DNA of 64,000 bases from Octopus vulgaris (lineage: Eukaryota), in assembly GCA_951406725.2 (NCBI GenBank), contig OX597822.1, positions 73,160,001 through 73,224,000 on the forward strand, written 5' to 3'. The translations under genes were made by a program, and so were the position numbers. Under the pieces are notes generated by a model. It saw only the letters and a list, made by a program, of their open reading frames with translations, searched no databases and was not told the DNA's origin. This document shows, piece by piece, positions 42,933-57,518 of this stretch. Every line of letters starts with the position of its first letter. The first letter of the stretch is position 1.

Positions 42933-43222
42933 TTGTTGTGTCTGGAGAGAGTAATTTTCTTTTTGTGCCTTATAATGTAACACACTCACAGGTAAAATTT
43001 CCACTAATTTCTTATTTTTATTTTCCTAAAACTTTCGTTGCGTCTTGCAACATTTTCAATAAGACTGTTATAAAGGTTGCAAAACACAACGAAAATTTTA
43101 GGAGATACAGGTGAGTGTGTTACATTATGAGGCACTAAAAGAGAATGACTCTCCCCAGTCACAACAGAATATACTTCAACACACGAACTCATATAAAGAA
43201 TCTTGCAAACCAACTCCAAAAA
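42933..43222. mobile_element. Fold-back element, longer copy of the 36164 family
   Basis: Arms gtgccttataatgtaacacactcacagg / caggtgagtgtgttacattatgaggcac with an additional internal hairpin cctaaaactttcgttgcg / caacgaaaattttagg. Confidence 0.75.
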
Positions 43223-46200
43223 CGAAATCTATGATTGTTTATTTGCTATATATTTCTTGGAGGAAATATGCAAACATATCACAGCGAATTTAAGGAGTGC
43301 TTCTTTTGTGTAGAAGCGCCATAACGAAAAGTATTGAGCGTCCAGTTCGCCGCGTAATTTATTTAAAACAAAATGTACAGCTAAACGCCGCCCATGAGCG
43401 TGTATGGCTTGGTTATTTCCGGCAAGCTTTGATTGATTGTTTCTACTGTGTAATTGTGAACGGACAAAGACATCATCGGCTTTCGCTCATTTACACAGCA
43501 AAGCATCAAAGATGTGACAGTTGGAGGGAGAGAAGCCTTATCAGAAACATAGTCGTTATTCATATAGGAATGACTAAACTGAACTAATAGGAAACGAAGT
43601 TCTTGCTCAAGCACATAACGCACCTGCCGGTCTAGGTATCAAATGAATGACATTACAGATATGAATCGAACACTCATAGCCGCTAGATCAAGGCCACGGA
43701 AGATGACATACTTACCAAAATATGTCACTGCAAAAGATGGGAACCACGAATACAAATCTATGTAGAATGATTGGCAAAATAATTATTACATTGGACGAAA
43801 CGGTTGCGGTATTTAATTACAACTCTTAATCCTTTCGGGGTTGATTAAAATAAGTACCAGTTACGCACTGCTGTCGATGTAATCGAGTTAATCCGTTTGT
43901 CTGTCCTTGTTTGTCCCCTCTATGTTTAACTCCTTGTGGGCAATAAAGAAATATGTAATTTATTACGCTGGAAACCATCTTTTTTTAAATATATCTTCCT
44001 TTTGGAGATCTATTTACAGACCAGTATCGTTTTTAAAACCAATACATTTTTCCGATTGAACGATAAGAAAGCTTTTATGTAGTTGCCCAATCTGCTCGAA
44101 ATAGCAGCCAAATTTACCTCATATCACACACTAACGTGTTTAAATAGCGAAAGATACATTGAATAATGTAATCCTAGATGCAAAAGCTGCGAGGTGGCAG
44201 AACCGTAAGTGCATCGATCTCAATGCTTAGTGGCATTTCTTCCGTATCTTTACGTTCTGAGTTTAAATCACGCCCTGATCGGTTTTACATTTTATCTCGC
44301 GAGGTCGATAAATATGAAGTACCTGTCACATATCAGAATCAATTTAGTCGGCTTGTCCCTTCACTTCAAAATTATTGGCTTTGAATTTTGCGACAGACAG
44401 GCCAGGGAGTGTGATGTGATTTCGATCGCTTATACGCTATGGAAATCAAGTAACCAGCCTTAGGAGTCTGGAGCTTGGAGGGAAAAAAGATTATGCCCGA
44501 AAGAAAATGAGATAGCTTCGTTTGGTCAGAGCTGACCTTCGGCTAAACAACTAAACACCAATTATTTCCTTTTATCATAACGTTAATTGGAAAATTATAA
44601 TTACCAGATTATTCTTGAGTTTTCATTCAGGAAATATCCAAACACTAAAAACATACACAGGAAGAAACCCATCTTTGGGAAACATGGGCAGGACTCAAAC
44701 TTCTGTGGAATATTTTATAACATTTGAAATTTTAAAATGTGCGTAAAATTGTAGATCAGGACTGTAGCGTTGAAAGTACTGGGTTGTGGGTCGGGTGAAG
44801 GAATAAATGTGTCTTAAAACATTTAAGAGATTTGAAGTAACAGATTGGTAACATGAAGTAAGACAAATAGGACAACTACCTTTTCGAAATCTATCTAACG
44901 TATCCAAGTTATGGATGAACTGAAAATTGGCATCGGATGTAGTTATCTAGCAGTGCTGAGTTCGAACCCTATGGTAGGTTGTAATGCAATAGCGTTACAA
45001 ATAAATAATATATAATGGTTAAGCGGAGAAAATGGATAATTCTCTGGTAGTTTATCAATTGGTGATAAATCAGTTTTACTGAATTCATGAAACAAACAAC
45101 TGAGAAACGAAACTAGTTTGTATACTTATTTTCTTATATATTATGAGTTTTATCTTTATATTTATTTTTAATTTCATTTTCATATATTATATTTATTTCT
45201 TTATTATATTCAATTATTAATTCTGTGTATTCAATGCAGAGCAAACACACAGTATTTCATTTATGCATTTTGTTTGCAACTTTCTAGATGTGAACTCGTG
45301 TTTTGAAACAACTGGAGAAACAGAGGGCATTTCATTGATGAGATTGCGAATGGCGATGGAAATACTTTAACAATTCTAACTGAATGATTGATTGACCGAT
45401 CGATTAATAAAACAATCGATTAATTAATTGGTTAGATAGTTAACCAATTGAATTATAAAAATAAAATACGGGATACAGAACTAGTGCCTGTGTTTATTGT
45501 TGGCAGAATGACCCTCCCGAGATACAAGGAAATCAGAGAGTTCTTTAAAAACCTCGAGAGCTATAAAGAGTGATCGAAAAGAAGACAAACAGAAAGAATA
45601 CGAAGTTCTTGTGCGGCAACGAACAAACTGAAAATTGAAAATTCTGAAGGTTTGCTATTTCAAAGTATTGATCTCATTCCAGTAATTTGTCATACATCCA
45701 AGTTTCCCTAATAGAACATCTGCCCAAGAATACCGCCCTGAAATCACACCATAACTTATTTACTCGTGTTTTTCACTGAATTGTAACAGTTAAATCGTTT
45801 AAATTCCTGATTGACCACAATTAAATCACGTTGTTTGTCCGTCTAGGAAGTGATGAAAAGGCTAAGAGCTTGGCCCGTGACTCTCGTAAAAACTAATAAA
45901 ATCAATTCTACATAAGAAAAAAACTAATTAGTCTCGCTGTAAAATAACTTCACTGGTTAAAAACACGAAAAAGTTAAAGAGAGAGAAATGGTGGTGTCGA
46001 AAGTGTGTGGGTACATGTGTGTGTCTGTGTGACATTGATTGAGTGAGTAAATAAGAATGTATGTGTATATGTATATATATATATGAGAGCGTGCGTGTGC
46101 TCACTAACGATTTGAGTGAGGGATGAGAGGAAAACAAGGAACGAGTGAGAGAAAATAGAATTATGAGAATGCTACTGAGCTCGCTTGAATCAATTTTAAT

Positions 46201-46731
46201 AGAAACCTCTGAGCGATCGTACGTAATTATCCACTGTTTCTATCGCCCAGCAGTGAAGGCAGAGGGAGGAAGAGGGAGCGAATATTTGAAAAAATAGATA
46301 ATTTATTTGCTATATGACGTGTCACGTAATTAGTTAATAAAAAAAAATGTTACATGTGTGAAGATACGAGCAAAGCTCGACAAAGGAGTGGTAAGAGAGC
46401 TGCAAGATAGATAAGTCTGCAGCCGAAAGAGACGGGTAAGTTCAATGAGATGAAGATTTATACCTTGTCTGTAAGATATAAACAAAATGATATATTGACT
46501 CGTCAACTTAATTATCTTTATCTTCCATTTCTTTCAGTCATTAAAATGCGGTTATGCTGGAGCGTCGCCTTGGCAGGTTTTCAATCGAACAAATCGATCC
46601 CAGTAGTAATTTTAAAGTCTGATACTTATTCTATAGGTGTTTGGCTGAACGGTTATATTACGGGGTCGTAAACAAACAAACATCGGTTTCGCAAATACAC
46701 ACGTGAACAGAAACATACACACACACCATTC

Positions 46732-46787
<56 letters not shown>

Positions 46788-46870
46788 TCAGACAGACAGG
46801 CATACAGACAGACAGAGAGTGGGAGATGGAGAGAAGGAGGGAGAGAGAGGTACCCAGATAGACAGGTAGG

Positions 46871-46918
<48 letters not shown>

Positions 46919-46919
46919 C

Positions 46920-47039
<120 letters not shown>

Positions 47040-47058
47040 TCATAGATAGATAGATAGA

Positions 47059-47628
47059 ATGTACAGAAATCATATAGAAATGCTAAAATCCTGAGAAATC
47101 AGCCGCCTGTCTTTTATTAAAAAACTTCGTTGTAAAAGGAGAGGTGATATGGTAATGAAATCTCCTGGAGGTCGGTCTGCGAGTTGTCTGTATTGTAAGA
47201 ACATGTTCCATGTTGGCATAACTTGGCATAAAAGATGGTTCATCATAAAAGACACATTGTTTACCTTCCTCCGTTCACACGATGGTGCTGTCCGAGATGT
47301 AATTTTACTCGATTCAGATTTTGATGTAAAATCTGGTTATTTTAAAACTGGTGTACTTCATGGAATTCTGATAAAAGCGTCTTGCCGAGAACTACTGTCT
47401 AGATTCTGGACACATCGAAAACAGGTGGAATGGTCTGATCGGATTAAAATTATTGCTGAAGGAACGGGTAAAGAATGCACTGAAGAGAAACGGTTTAATT
47501 CTTTTGTTCCAGTTCGAACTGATTCCCATGGAACCTGGTTTGTTGATGGAGATCTTTATTTTGAGTCTATAGTAGATGTTTTAGAGGCAGCAACTGAGGA
47601 GATATTTATCACTGATTAGTGGCTGAGT
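47059..47628 (+). pseudogene. PLD1: Phospholipase D1/2 processed pseudogene fragment (end of PX domain, PH domain, start of catalytic region)
   Basis: One continuous frame MYRNH...EISRLSFI...MKSPGG...WHKRWFIIKDT...RFNSFVPVR...WFVDG..YFE...EEIFITD*WLS matches metazoan PLD1/2. Stops at 47092 and 47617 (W codon to TAG); no introns over 570 bp. Confidence 0.88.
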
Positions 47629-48470
47629 GTGGGTAGTGGGTAGCGATTTTCTTCATAACTTCAGGGAGTTACGACCCTGCCTGACACGAGTTCCGGGCTC
47701 AGCTGGCTCCGGCTGACAATACACGGTATGGGCCCCTATCCAGGGTTACGAAAAGGAGACAAACTTCAAAGAAATCCGGAGTTTCTGATTTCGAATCCTA
47801 CCGAATTCAGCATTGCCTTTCATCCTTTCCTGTAGTCAACTTGTGCTTCTCTTCAGACTTGCTGATCTAGGAACCTGCAACGGACCGGTGTCTTGTTCAG
47901 AAGGGGAATTTTGTGATCCCGGTGACTTACACACTATTGAAACCAGATAACCTTATGAATCTGGAGACTCATGGAATAGATAAACAGGTAGATGGGTGGA
48001 TGGGCCATGATTTGCCCTTACATCGGATGGTAGTAGAAAATAGGATGCACAAAAAGTGTCAGATCATGCAGCTGCTACTCAGAGGGACTATTGAGAATTT
48101 CTTTCGATACTCCAGACAAACTAGTAATCTAGTAATCACATCCAAAATATTTGGACAAATCTTTAAAATGAAAGGATTGTTGCAGCAGACATTTCGTATT
48201 TCATAGGCAACAACACAGAATTGGAACAGAAATGCAGAGACAAATATTGGAACCATCTTCTTCAGCGTTCTCACAGTCCGGAACATCCACTGCACTCGGC
48301 AAGTATATTATTATAGATCTCGGCGATAGCTGAAATCAGAATGCAAATAGAATAATCTAGTCGTTTCAATTGGTTTTCTACACACACGCACACGCAGACA
48401 CACACATACATATATAGATAGATAAATATATACATATATGTATATCAATATGTGTGTGTATATAAATATA

Positions 48471-48506
<36 letters not shown>

Positions 48507-49768
48507 TGTATGTATGTGTATTTATGTGTGTGTGTACACGTACTGCATTGCACGCCTGTATATGTGCATAAGTATTAGTTGTCTTATGTATCGCCATGTG
48601 TACGCCTATGTGTGAGAATGTATGAATATCTTTAAGCACTTTCGTATATACGTACTTTCATATGTACTTCTTTATTGATCTGTATGTACGTTGGTAAGTA
48701 GGGAAGTAGATATGTAGTTAGATAGGTAGGTAGCTAGTTAGGTAGGTTGGTAATCAATTTTAGGTGAAAGTTTAAGTACGTTTTGCATCTGCTAGCATTC
48801 CATTCTATTTTATTCGCTAAATCTGACTACATTTTAATTCTTCGGTTCTTTTGTTTGTTTGTTTGTTTGTTTTTTGTTGTGTTGGGGTTTTTTTTTTGCT
48901 TTGCTTTTTCTTATATGTGTTTAACTTTTATTTTTTTCTGTTAAATAAGTGGAATAATTTCTTATTATTCTTCTGATAAAATTTTGGCGAGTCTAAGCCT
49001 GATGGCAACACTAAATTCATTTTCTTTTCGTTTCTTTTTTGGCATGAAATCACTTTCTGTAATATTCCTCTAATTTTGAACAGACTGATTTTAGTTGATC
49101 TCTAAGTTTGCTTCTCTTTGTTAAACCAGTGTATAATTTTAAAAAACATAAGTGATACATTTATTTATAGTACCTTTATAGGACTTCACAATCGAATGCT
49201 GTAAAATCTGGACTCTGGCATTTGGATGAAACGGAAATTAAGACTCAGCTGAAATCAATGGAAAAATTTGAAGTAGAGCTCTCCAGAAATAAGAAATTAA
49301 AATTCTCACACCATACATTTACATGGTTTCAAAGTTAGAATGACATGGATATGAGCTGAAATAAATAAATGTAATTGATTCAGAAAGCTGTAGAGTGAAA
49401 TGAAATATATCTCTTTTGCTTATATGTTTACACATCAACACGTCTGTACACATTTCTAGATAATTTGGAATGAAATTCTTCTATATTGATCCGTATTAAT
49501 ATAGCAGCGAGAAGACAGCCATTACCATATTAACCGCAGTGAAGTGATTTGTGAACGCTTACAGAAATATTCAGTACCATCCTCGCTCTGTCATGTTGCT
49601 GAATAGACATAAGTTTTCTTCGTTGTCCCTTTATTTTAGCACATATTTTTCCTTTCTGTGTAATGTTTCTTTCTATCTCTCTCTTTCTTTCACTCCACCA
49701 TACTTTAGACGCCACAGAAAGCATGTTATTAACTATTGAGCTCCCTAAAGCTGAATGTTTCTGAGGGT

Positions 49769-49844
<76 letters not shown>

Positions 49845-52551
49845 AGTGCTTGCTTTATATTATATATTCTAATTACGTTTTTAGTAACTCCCATAAATGA
49901 TGCAAATTCCTTCAGTTTCTATATGTGAAATGCTGTAGCTTAAAAGCCGAAACTGTTTTAAATAAGTTAAAGATGGCACCGCTAATCTTTGGGTATCTTT
50001 GCTGCGTGGCTGTTAGGCCTGATACAACAGAATTATGAGGAAAGGCATTCCGACCGTGACCATGCTAACTTTTGTCGCATCGAGGATCTCATTCTCCAAT
50101 AAGATTTTTTTTATTATTTAAAGTTGAAAAAGGGTGATTTTAAGATGATTTCACTGTTATTTTTAGCAGGTCAAGCAACACGCTTGCGTCATGTTTTTCT
50201 ATATATATTCTATTATGGAATACTTGTTATACTGGGTAATTTGAAAGTAAGAGGCCATAACCATAGCTTTTCCGAGACATATGAATTTAGAAATATAAAT
50301 AAATGCATGAAATTAATACCGTTGAATATCAGGTTGAATAATTGCAGGTGGAAAACATACGAAGGTAAATAATTCCTGTCTTCAGACAGTAAAATTGATC
50401 CAAGTGTTCAGCTGACGCCTTGGAGATGAAAGAACTGAAAAAAATGTTAGGCATTGTTAAATGCGAAAATTTGGTGTCGCTACGATACCCACTCACACAC
50501 TCATACTCTCAAACACTCATACACACATTTACATACACACACACACTCAAGCAAAAACACACACACACAAGCTCTCAAACACGTATGCACACATTTGCGC
50601 ACACACATCCTACTAAAAGTTTTAGTTGCGCTATTTTCAGGATTAGAGAAGATGCAAAACAAGATTCCTTCTTTGACGTGTGCTCTTTTGATGTCTTTGG
50701 GTTGTTAAAGGTGAGTAAAGTTCTAATTTAAGACAATTTCCTTAGTTAAGCCGTTTCAATAAAACAATAATGAATTTATCTTTATTTCCTGAAACGGTGT
50801 AATTTTTCACTTTCAAGCTTATTCAATATTTGATCATACATTTTAATACATTTTAACTTATTTTATAAAACGTTTATACCGTCACGTTCTTCACTTAAAT
50901 CTCAGCTATACTTCAATCACTATAACTTAACGTTAACCATTTAAGATGCCCAACCTTAGCACATTTCTTTGCTTTAGTTTCTTCTTTCCTTTCTATGAGT
51001 ATCTTTCCAGCTACAAACACCAAAATTACAACTATCATAGTTAATCCCCATTTTCATCTTAATTTCCTTTCTAAAATTACTTGGCGATCTTTTCATTGTA
51101 AACTGAAAACATTATTATATACTGCAAGAAAAAAAATACAAAATCTAAGGAGTACTGTTCCTCCGTTTCCTGAAATTATTTCTGTTTCATCAAAAATTAT
51201 TATCATTTAGGTCAGCAGTAATTTCTTATTTCCATTTTCTTTCCCTACGACATTGTATTTCCGTATCTACTATCGATTAAACATATTTCGATTTTAATTT
51301 TCTATCTTTTGTACTTTTTTAAAACATATTTTTTTAGACATAGATTTCTTCATCTATTTTGCTCCTCACAAAATGTCTCCTAAGAATATCTAAGAATTGA
51401 ATACACCAGCCAACTCCTTCCTTCTTTCTTTATCTCTCTCTTCTCTCTCTCTCTCCCCCCTCTCTCTCTCTCTCACTCTGTGTCTAAACAGAGAATCTAT
51501 ATCTGTATTTAGACAGGTCTAACTTGCGGTTAAACAGCCACAAAGGAAAGACGCTAAAAAAATTATAGGTACCATCTTTAACTTATTTCATTCCTTAAGT
51601 TATTTAAAACAGCATCGGTTTTAAGCTACAGCGTTGTGTTCACATTGAAGCTAACGATAACTGCATATATGGAGGGATTAACTAAAATCGCAATTAGAAC
51701 ACATTATATAAAGTAAGCATATTACAAACTCGGGAAATTTATTGAACCTTGGCAACCATAAAGGTATTGCTCACCCTTATTAAATCACAAAACTTATACA
51801 GATACTCGTTAACAGCCTCCTTCATTAACACCCTTCCAAATTTCTATTGCTTGAATGACGCCCAATATCACTTCCGGTTATCCATTAGTACTTCACTTGT
51901 AATAAACACGCTCTTGAAAACTGTGGTCAAAACAATGTTATTGCTCTTGATATCAGCAAGATTTTTAATCGACCTTCCCCTGCACATCTTCAATGAACAT
52001 CATCAGATATATCGTTCTTTCTCCACTTATCACCTATACTGTTTGTTGTTGTTGTTTTTTCCCAACTCCCTCACAAACTCATCCACCAAATCCTCGTCTT
52101 GGAATCCTTGAATATTTCTCCAGTCATGTTCTTTCAGATATCTTCTGTCTTCAACTTGTGGGTGCTCAGAATGAATATCAACTGTCCCAATCAGATTTGG
52201 AGAGCCTGAGATGGTTATAGGTGCAGCCGCTTCGAACTACGACAATAAAAACGCCGAAACAGTCATAGTGGTCAGGTAACGTGCTACCGTGAATATCTCT
52301 TCAAAATTCAAAGAGCTAGATAATTTCTATGGACTTCTGCTCCGAAACGTTTAGCTTCTGTACATATATTATAAATTCACATTTATACCAAAACAATTGA
52401 TTGCAAAGGCTAGAGTTTCTCAAGTTTAGCATTGTTCTTTGATATCAACGTTCCAAAGATGGACTTTTGTATCTTTACAAGAAACAAACTTATTCTTTAC
52501 AGAGAAACTGAAAATAATTACAAATAGAAGAGAACATATAACTCGGCGATG

Positions 52552-52685
52552 TCTCTACTATATTACTCTCCATTTACCTATGTATGTAGGTTTGTGTGCA
52601 TGAGCCTAAACATGTACACATACATAGATATATACGAGTGAATTAAACTTTTAAATAACATGTATTTATACATATATACATACAT

Positions 52686-52774
<89 letters not shown>

Positions 52775-52843
52775 TATTAGTGCGTAGTATTTCTCTAATA
52801 CAATATCAGGCAATACCCGGGCAGCGTCGAGTAACGATTCTAG
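52552..52843 (+). mobile_element. Possible non-autonomous Helitron
   Basis: tc..tactatatta 5' end; 3' cccgggcagcgtcgag degenerate hairpin followed by CTAG|T, like 10259-10286. Confidence 0.45.
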
Positions 52844-52951
52844 TTCCGTGTGTCTGTCTGTCTATCATTCTATCTGTGCCTGTCGGTGTGTGTATGTGTC
52901 TGTGTCTGTGTGTGCATGTATGTGAGTATGTGTGTGTGTGCGTGTATGTGA

Positions 52952-53047
<96 letters not shown>

Positions 53048-53463
53048 TGATCTAGAAAATTGATGAAAGCAGACGATCGTTTTCTGTCGACATTATACTT
53101 TGGTTTAATTTTAGTTTTATTCACTCTTTACTGTTTATATAATATTTTATTGTTAAGCTATATAGTTGGATGTGAAATAAGAGTTTCCTCATAGTGTTTC
53201 TAAATATTTATATATTTCACTAATAGCCATGCCACGATTATCGGATTGCTATTACTCTTTGCCAATATGTGCAGCCACTTCCTAAGGATTAAAATGGTGA
53301 AAAACCAGACAGTAATATAATTTTACGCGTTTCCTGAAATTGCACTGGACTCCAAATCTAAAGTTTTACTTGATTTCTTAGAATGACTCATTCTTCATGT
53401 TTTATATGTATATATATATATAAGTGTGACTGTGTCTCTGTGTGTATGCGTGTATGTGTGTGT

Positions 53464-53505
<42 letters not shown>

Positions 53506-53640
53506 CAGGGTGAGGAAAATGTTTGCTTCCCAGACACATATTTTTGGGTTCAACCGCTCAGAGGGGCACAAGTGTGCCTTCTATTATAGCCTCGGGATGG
53601 CCAAAGCCATATCAATGGATGTAATTGACAGAAACTGAAA

Positions 53641-55118
53641 GGCACTCATTGTCCATATGGATGGATCGCCGTCCACATGTGACTGAGGAAGACCATTGCT
53701 GACTTTCAGGAACATTGTGAGCTCTAGGACTAACTTATATTTTACATTTGCGGCTCCGTTCGCGGCTAATGAGCCCTGCTCTTGACAGCGTACACGACTG
53801 CAAATATTGCAGAGCAAGCTTTCCCCATTCACTACACGAGCGGTGCACTTTCAAGCAGCATGCTTAAGTTCTTCATGCTGAATACGTGCTCTCTAAAAAT
53901 TATCGACCCCCTTCTTAACCTGCTTCCTCCATCTGTGGTGATGACAGGCATTGTTCTCCCAGTCAGCCTCCTGCATATCACAGGCCTTTAATGAGGACTA
54001 GACACAGTCCTTAAATCGCTGCCTTGGTTTCTGCCGAGGTCGCTTTCCATTCACAAGTTCTCCATATAGCAGATACTTAGGGATCCTGCTATCCTTAATT
54101 CTAATAAGGTGTCCAGTCCAACGTAACTGGTGCTCGTGCACCATGGCCTCAATATCAAGATATCTGATGTCCTCAGGCCCGGTGTGTCTGGAATTTTTAA
54201 GGTCCAGCCAATATTCAGAATGTGTCTCAGACATCTCTGATGAAAGCGTTCAAGGACCCTTACATGACGTTTGTAAAGGGTCCGTGTCTCACATATGTAG
54301 AAGAGCGATGTCAGTACACATGCACGGTACACAGCAATTTTTGTTTGCCTTGTGATGCCATGCTGGGACCAGACACGAGACTGAAGAGACCGGAAGGAAT
54401 TAATTGCTCTCTGCAGACTGAAAGATATTTCATCATCCAGGGAACAAAAACGGTTGAGTGTGCTGCCCAGCTAGACAAACTTATTTACCATCTTCAGAAT
54501 TGTTCCTTCAACCAAGATAGCTGGTTTAACATATGGATTTCCTGGTGCAGGCTGGAACATTACAACTGTCTTGTCCAGGCTAATGCTGAATCCAAATGCC
54601 TTACAAGAAGCAGAAATACGATTCATGAGTGACTAAGTTACAGTCATTTGCATAAAGGAGGTCACGAATAAGAGACTGGAAAACTTTTGAATTGGCAGAA
54701 AATCGGTGCAGATTAAATAGGCGGTCAGAAGATCGATATCTGACATATATTCCCAGAGAGCTAACCTTAGCAAAAGCATCAGTAAAAGCAGCAGTAATGT
54801 ATAAAGAAAAGAGAGTTGGGGCAAGGATGTCACCCTGCTTGACATCATTCTGTACAGGAATGGGTTCCGCCATGCCGATGCCAACATTGACCTAAGCCTC
54901 CATCACATCATGAAACGATTTAATTATAGATAAAAAGTGACCTGGACACCCAAGTTTGCCAAGTACTTTCCATAGAAAGGCCCTATTTACAGTATCAGAG
55001 GCCTTTAAATCAATGAATGTCTGGGAAAGATCCATATTCTGCTCATAGCACTTCTCTTGCATCTATCTTGCTGTGAAAATCATATCCATTGTCGCTCTAC
55101 CAGATCGTAAGCCACTTG
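53641..55118 (-). mobile_element. RTE-clade LINE, RT and C-terminal region, degraded
   Basis: GLRSGRATMDMIFTAR, VKQGDILAPTLFSL, DLLYAND, YRACVLTSL, QLRWTGHLIR, PKYLLYGEL, RFKD; many frameshifts. Confidence 0.88.
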
Positions 55119-55624
55119 CCTTTTGTAGGAGGGCATGTCATTGTGTTTTTAGCATGGAAATGTGTTTGTCTTGTCCTCTGCTATTTACAAGAGGATGTGG
55201 GTAGGTCTAAATTTTGTGGGGTGGTATATTTATCTCTTGTTGTTCATTACAATTTGATTAATATGTAACAATTTTAGCCTTTCTGTGTTATGGTGACAGA
55301 GTTAATAGGCTGTGTATTAATAAATATTTCTTCACTTTCGTTTCAAATGTGGGTATTTTATAACATATTGGTGGGCTATGCGAGAGTGTGGTATTATAAA
55401 AAGCGTGCATATAATCATTATAATCCTTTTATTTGTTTCAGTCATTTGACTGCGGCCATGCTGGAGCACCGCCTTTGGTCGAACAAATCGACACCGTGAC
55501 TTATTCATTGCAAGCCTAGTACTTATTCTGTTGGACTCAACTGCCAAAGCGCTAAGTTACTGGGCCGTAAACACACCAGCATCGGTTGTCAAGAGATGGT
55601 GGGGAGACAAACAGGGGCCCAGAC

Positions 55625-55674
<50 letters not shown>

Positions 55675-55678
<4 letters not shown>

Positions 55679-57518
55679 AATCCAAACGGGAAACAAAAAA
55701 ACAACAACAAGGGAACCATTACAGTATTATTATTAATAGGCGCTCAGGAAATGGAAGCAGGGAGGTATGACGTTTCGAGCGGAGCTCTTCGTCGGAAACA
55801 TAAAGAAGGAAGAGAGAGGAAAGAAAGATTCCGGAGCGGGCAACGGAGATAGAGAAAAAAACGGCTGGTGTTAGGAGTAGCACATGGTGAAAGGCGGATG
55901 TTTACGATAACAAGAGCAAAGTGGGTTTTTAAAGGCAAAAGAGTGGAGACAAGGTTGGTAACGCAACAGATGTGTGTGTATGTGTGAGTGTGTGCGTGTG
56001 CGTGTGTGTATGTGTGTGTGTGAGGCGAGGTAAAAAAACAAAAAATATATGTATGTGTTAGTCTGTGTGTAGGCGTGTGAGGTAGGGCGAGACGGTGGTC
56101 AGCATAGCAGCAGCATAGCAGACAAAGGTCAGTAGTGAGAAAAGGGAGGAAGGAGGAAGGGAGGGAGGGGAAGGGGTGGGGGCGTATGTAGCGTGCCAGC
56201 GTGTGTTGAGTAGTAGTGTGTGTGTGTGTCCAGTGTCGTGGTAGTATTAGTGGCGAGTAGATTGAATGTGTGTAAGAGTGATGTATATGTTTAAGCAATG
56301 TGTGTATATGTGTGCGCGTGTGTGTAACGAAAAAAAGGGGGGGGGTTAGGAAAAGGACTCCAGCGGAGGGGAAGATGGAAGAGTGGTCCCGCGGAGACGG
56401 GCGTGGGAAAACCCAACGACAAGCGACATCCCAGGAACGGGCGGGAGGTCTCGTCGGGTCCAAGGGCGAGGTGCATGCGGGGCGCATGCGTGCGCGAACC
56501 GGCGCAAACGCGTGTGTGCGCGAGCCTGCGAGTGTGCGCGTACGTATGTGTGCGTGTGGATGTGTGAGTGTGTCTGTGTGTATGTCTGGGTGGCAGTGTG
56601 TCCGATGAATGTATGTGAGTATGTGTGTATATATGTGTGTGCATAGATGTATGTCCGTGTGTGTGTGTGTGTGTGTGTATGTGTGTATGATTGTGTATGT
56701 ATGTACGTGTGGGTGTGGGGAAGTGTGTGTATGTGCATGTGTGTGCGCGAACATACAGGTGTGTGAGTGAGTGAGTGTGTGTGTATGTATGTGTGAGTGT
56801 GTATGTATGTGTGTGTAGGATGCATGTATGTATATGGGTGTATGTATGCGTGTGTGTATGTATGTATGTGTACGTGCGTGTGTGTGTGTGTATGCGTGTA
56901 GGTGTGCGCGTGTGCATGCGTGCATGTATGTGCGTATGTGTGTGTGTGTGCATGTGTGTGGGTATATATGTGTGTGCGTATATGTGTGTGTATGTGCGTA
57001 CATGTGTGTGTGTGTGCATGTGTGTGTGTAGGTGTGTAGGCGTGTGTGTATAGGTGTATGTATGTAAGTATGTATGGGTGTGTCCGTGTATGTGTGTATG
57101 TATGTGTGTGTATGTAGCTGTGTGGGCGTGTGTATATGTGTGTGTATCTAGGTGTGTAGGCGTGTGTATATAGGTGTATGTATGTATGTCTGGGTGTGTC
57201 CGTGCATGTTTGTGTGTGTGTGTGTATGCATGTGTATGTAGGTGTGTGTGTACGTGTGTAATGTATGTGTGTATGCGTGTGTATGCGTGCGTGTGTGTAT
57301 GTAGGTGCGTGTGTATGTGTGTGGGAGTGTAGGTGTGTGTGTGCGTGTGCGTGTTTATGTTGGTGTGTGCGTATGTGAGTGTGAGTGTATGAGTGTTTGT
57401 CATGCATGTGTGTGCGCGTGCAGGTGAGTGTGTGTGTAAGTATGTGTGTGTGTATGTTTGTGTGAGTGTGTATGTGTGTATGTCTGTGTGTATGTATGTG
57501 CGTATAGGAGTATGTAGG

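Noticed and set aside
43716-43757. 42-nt minus-strand micro-exon candidate (LYSWFPSFAVTYF)
   Set aside because: Splice-like signals of this strength are expected by chance in 64 kb, and there is no supporting homology.
47149-47619. Functional PLD exon
   Set aside because: In-frame stops lie on both sides within conserved sequence and there are no splice sites at the expected boundaries; treated as a pseudogene.
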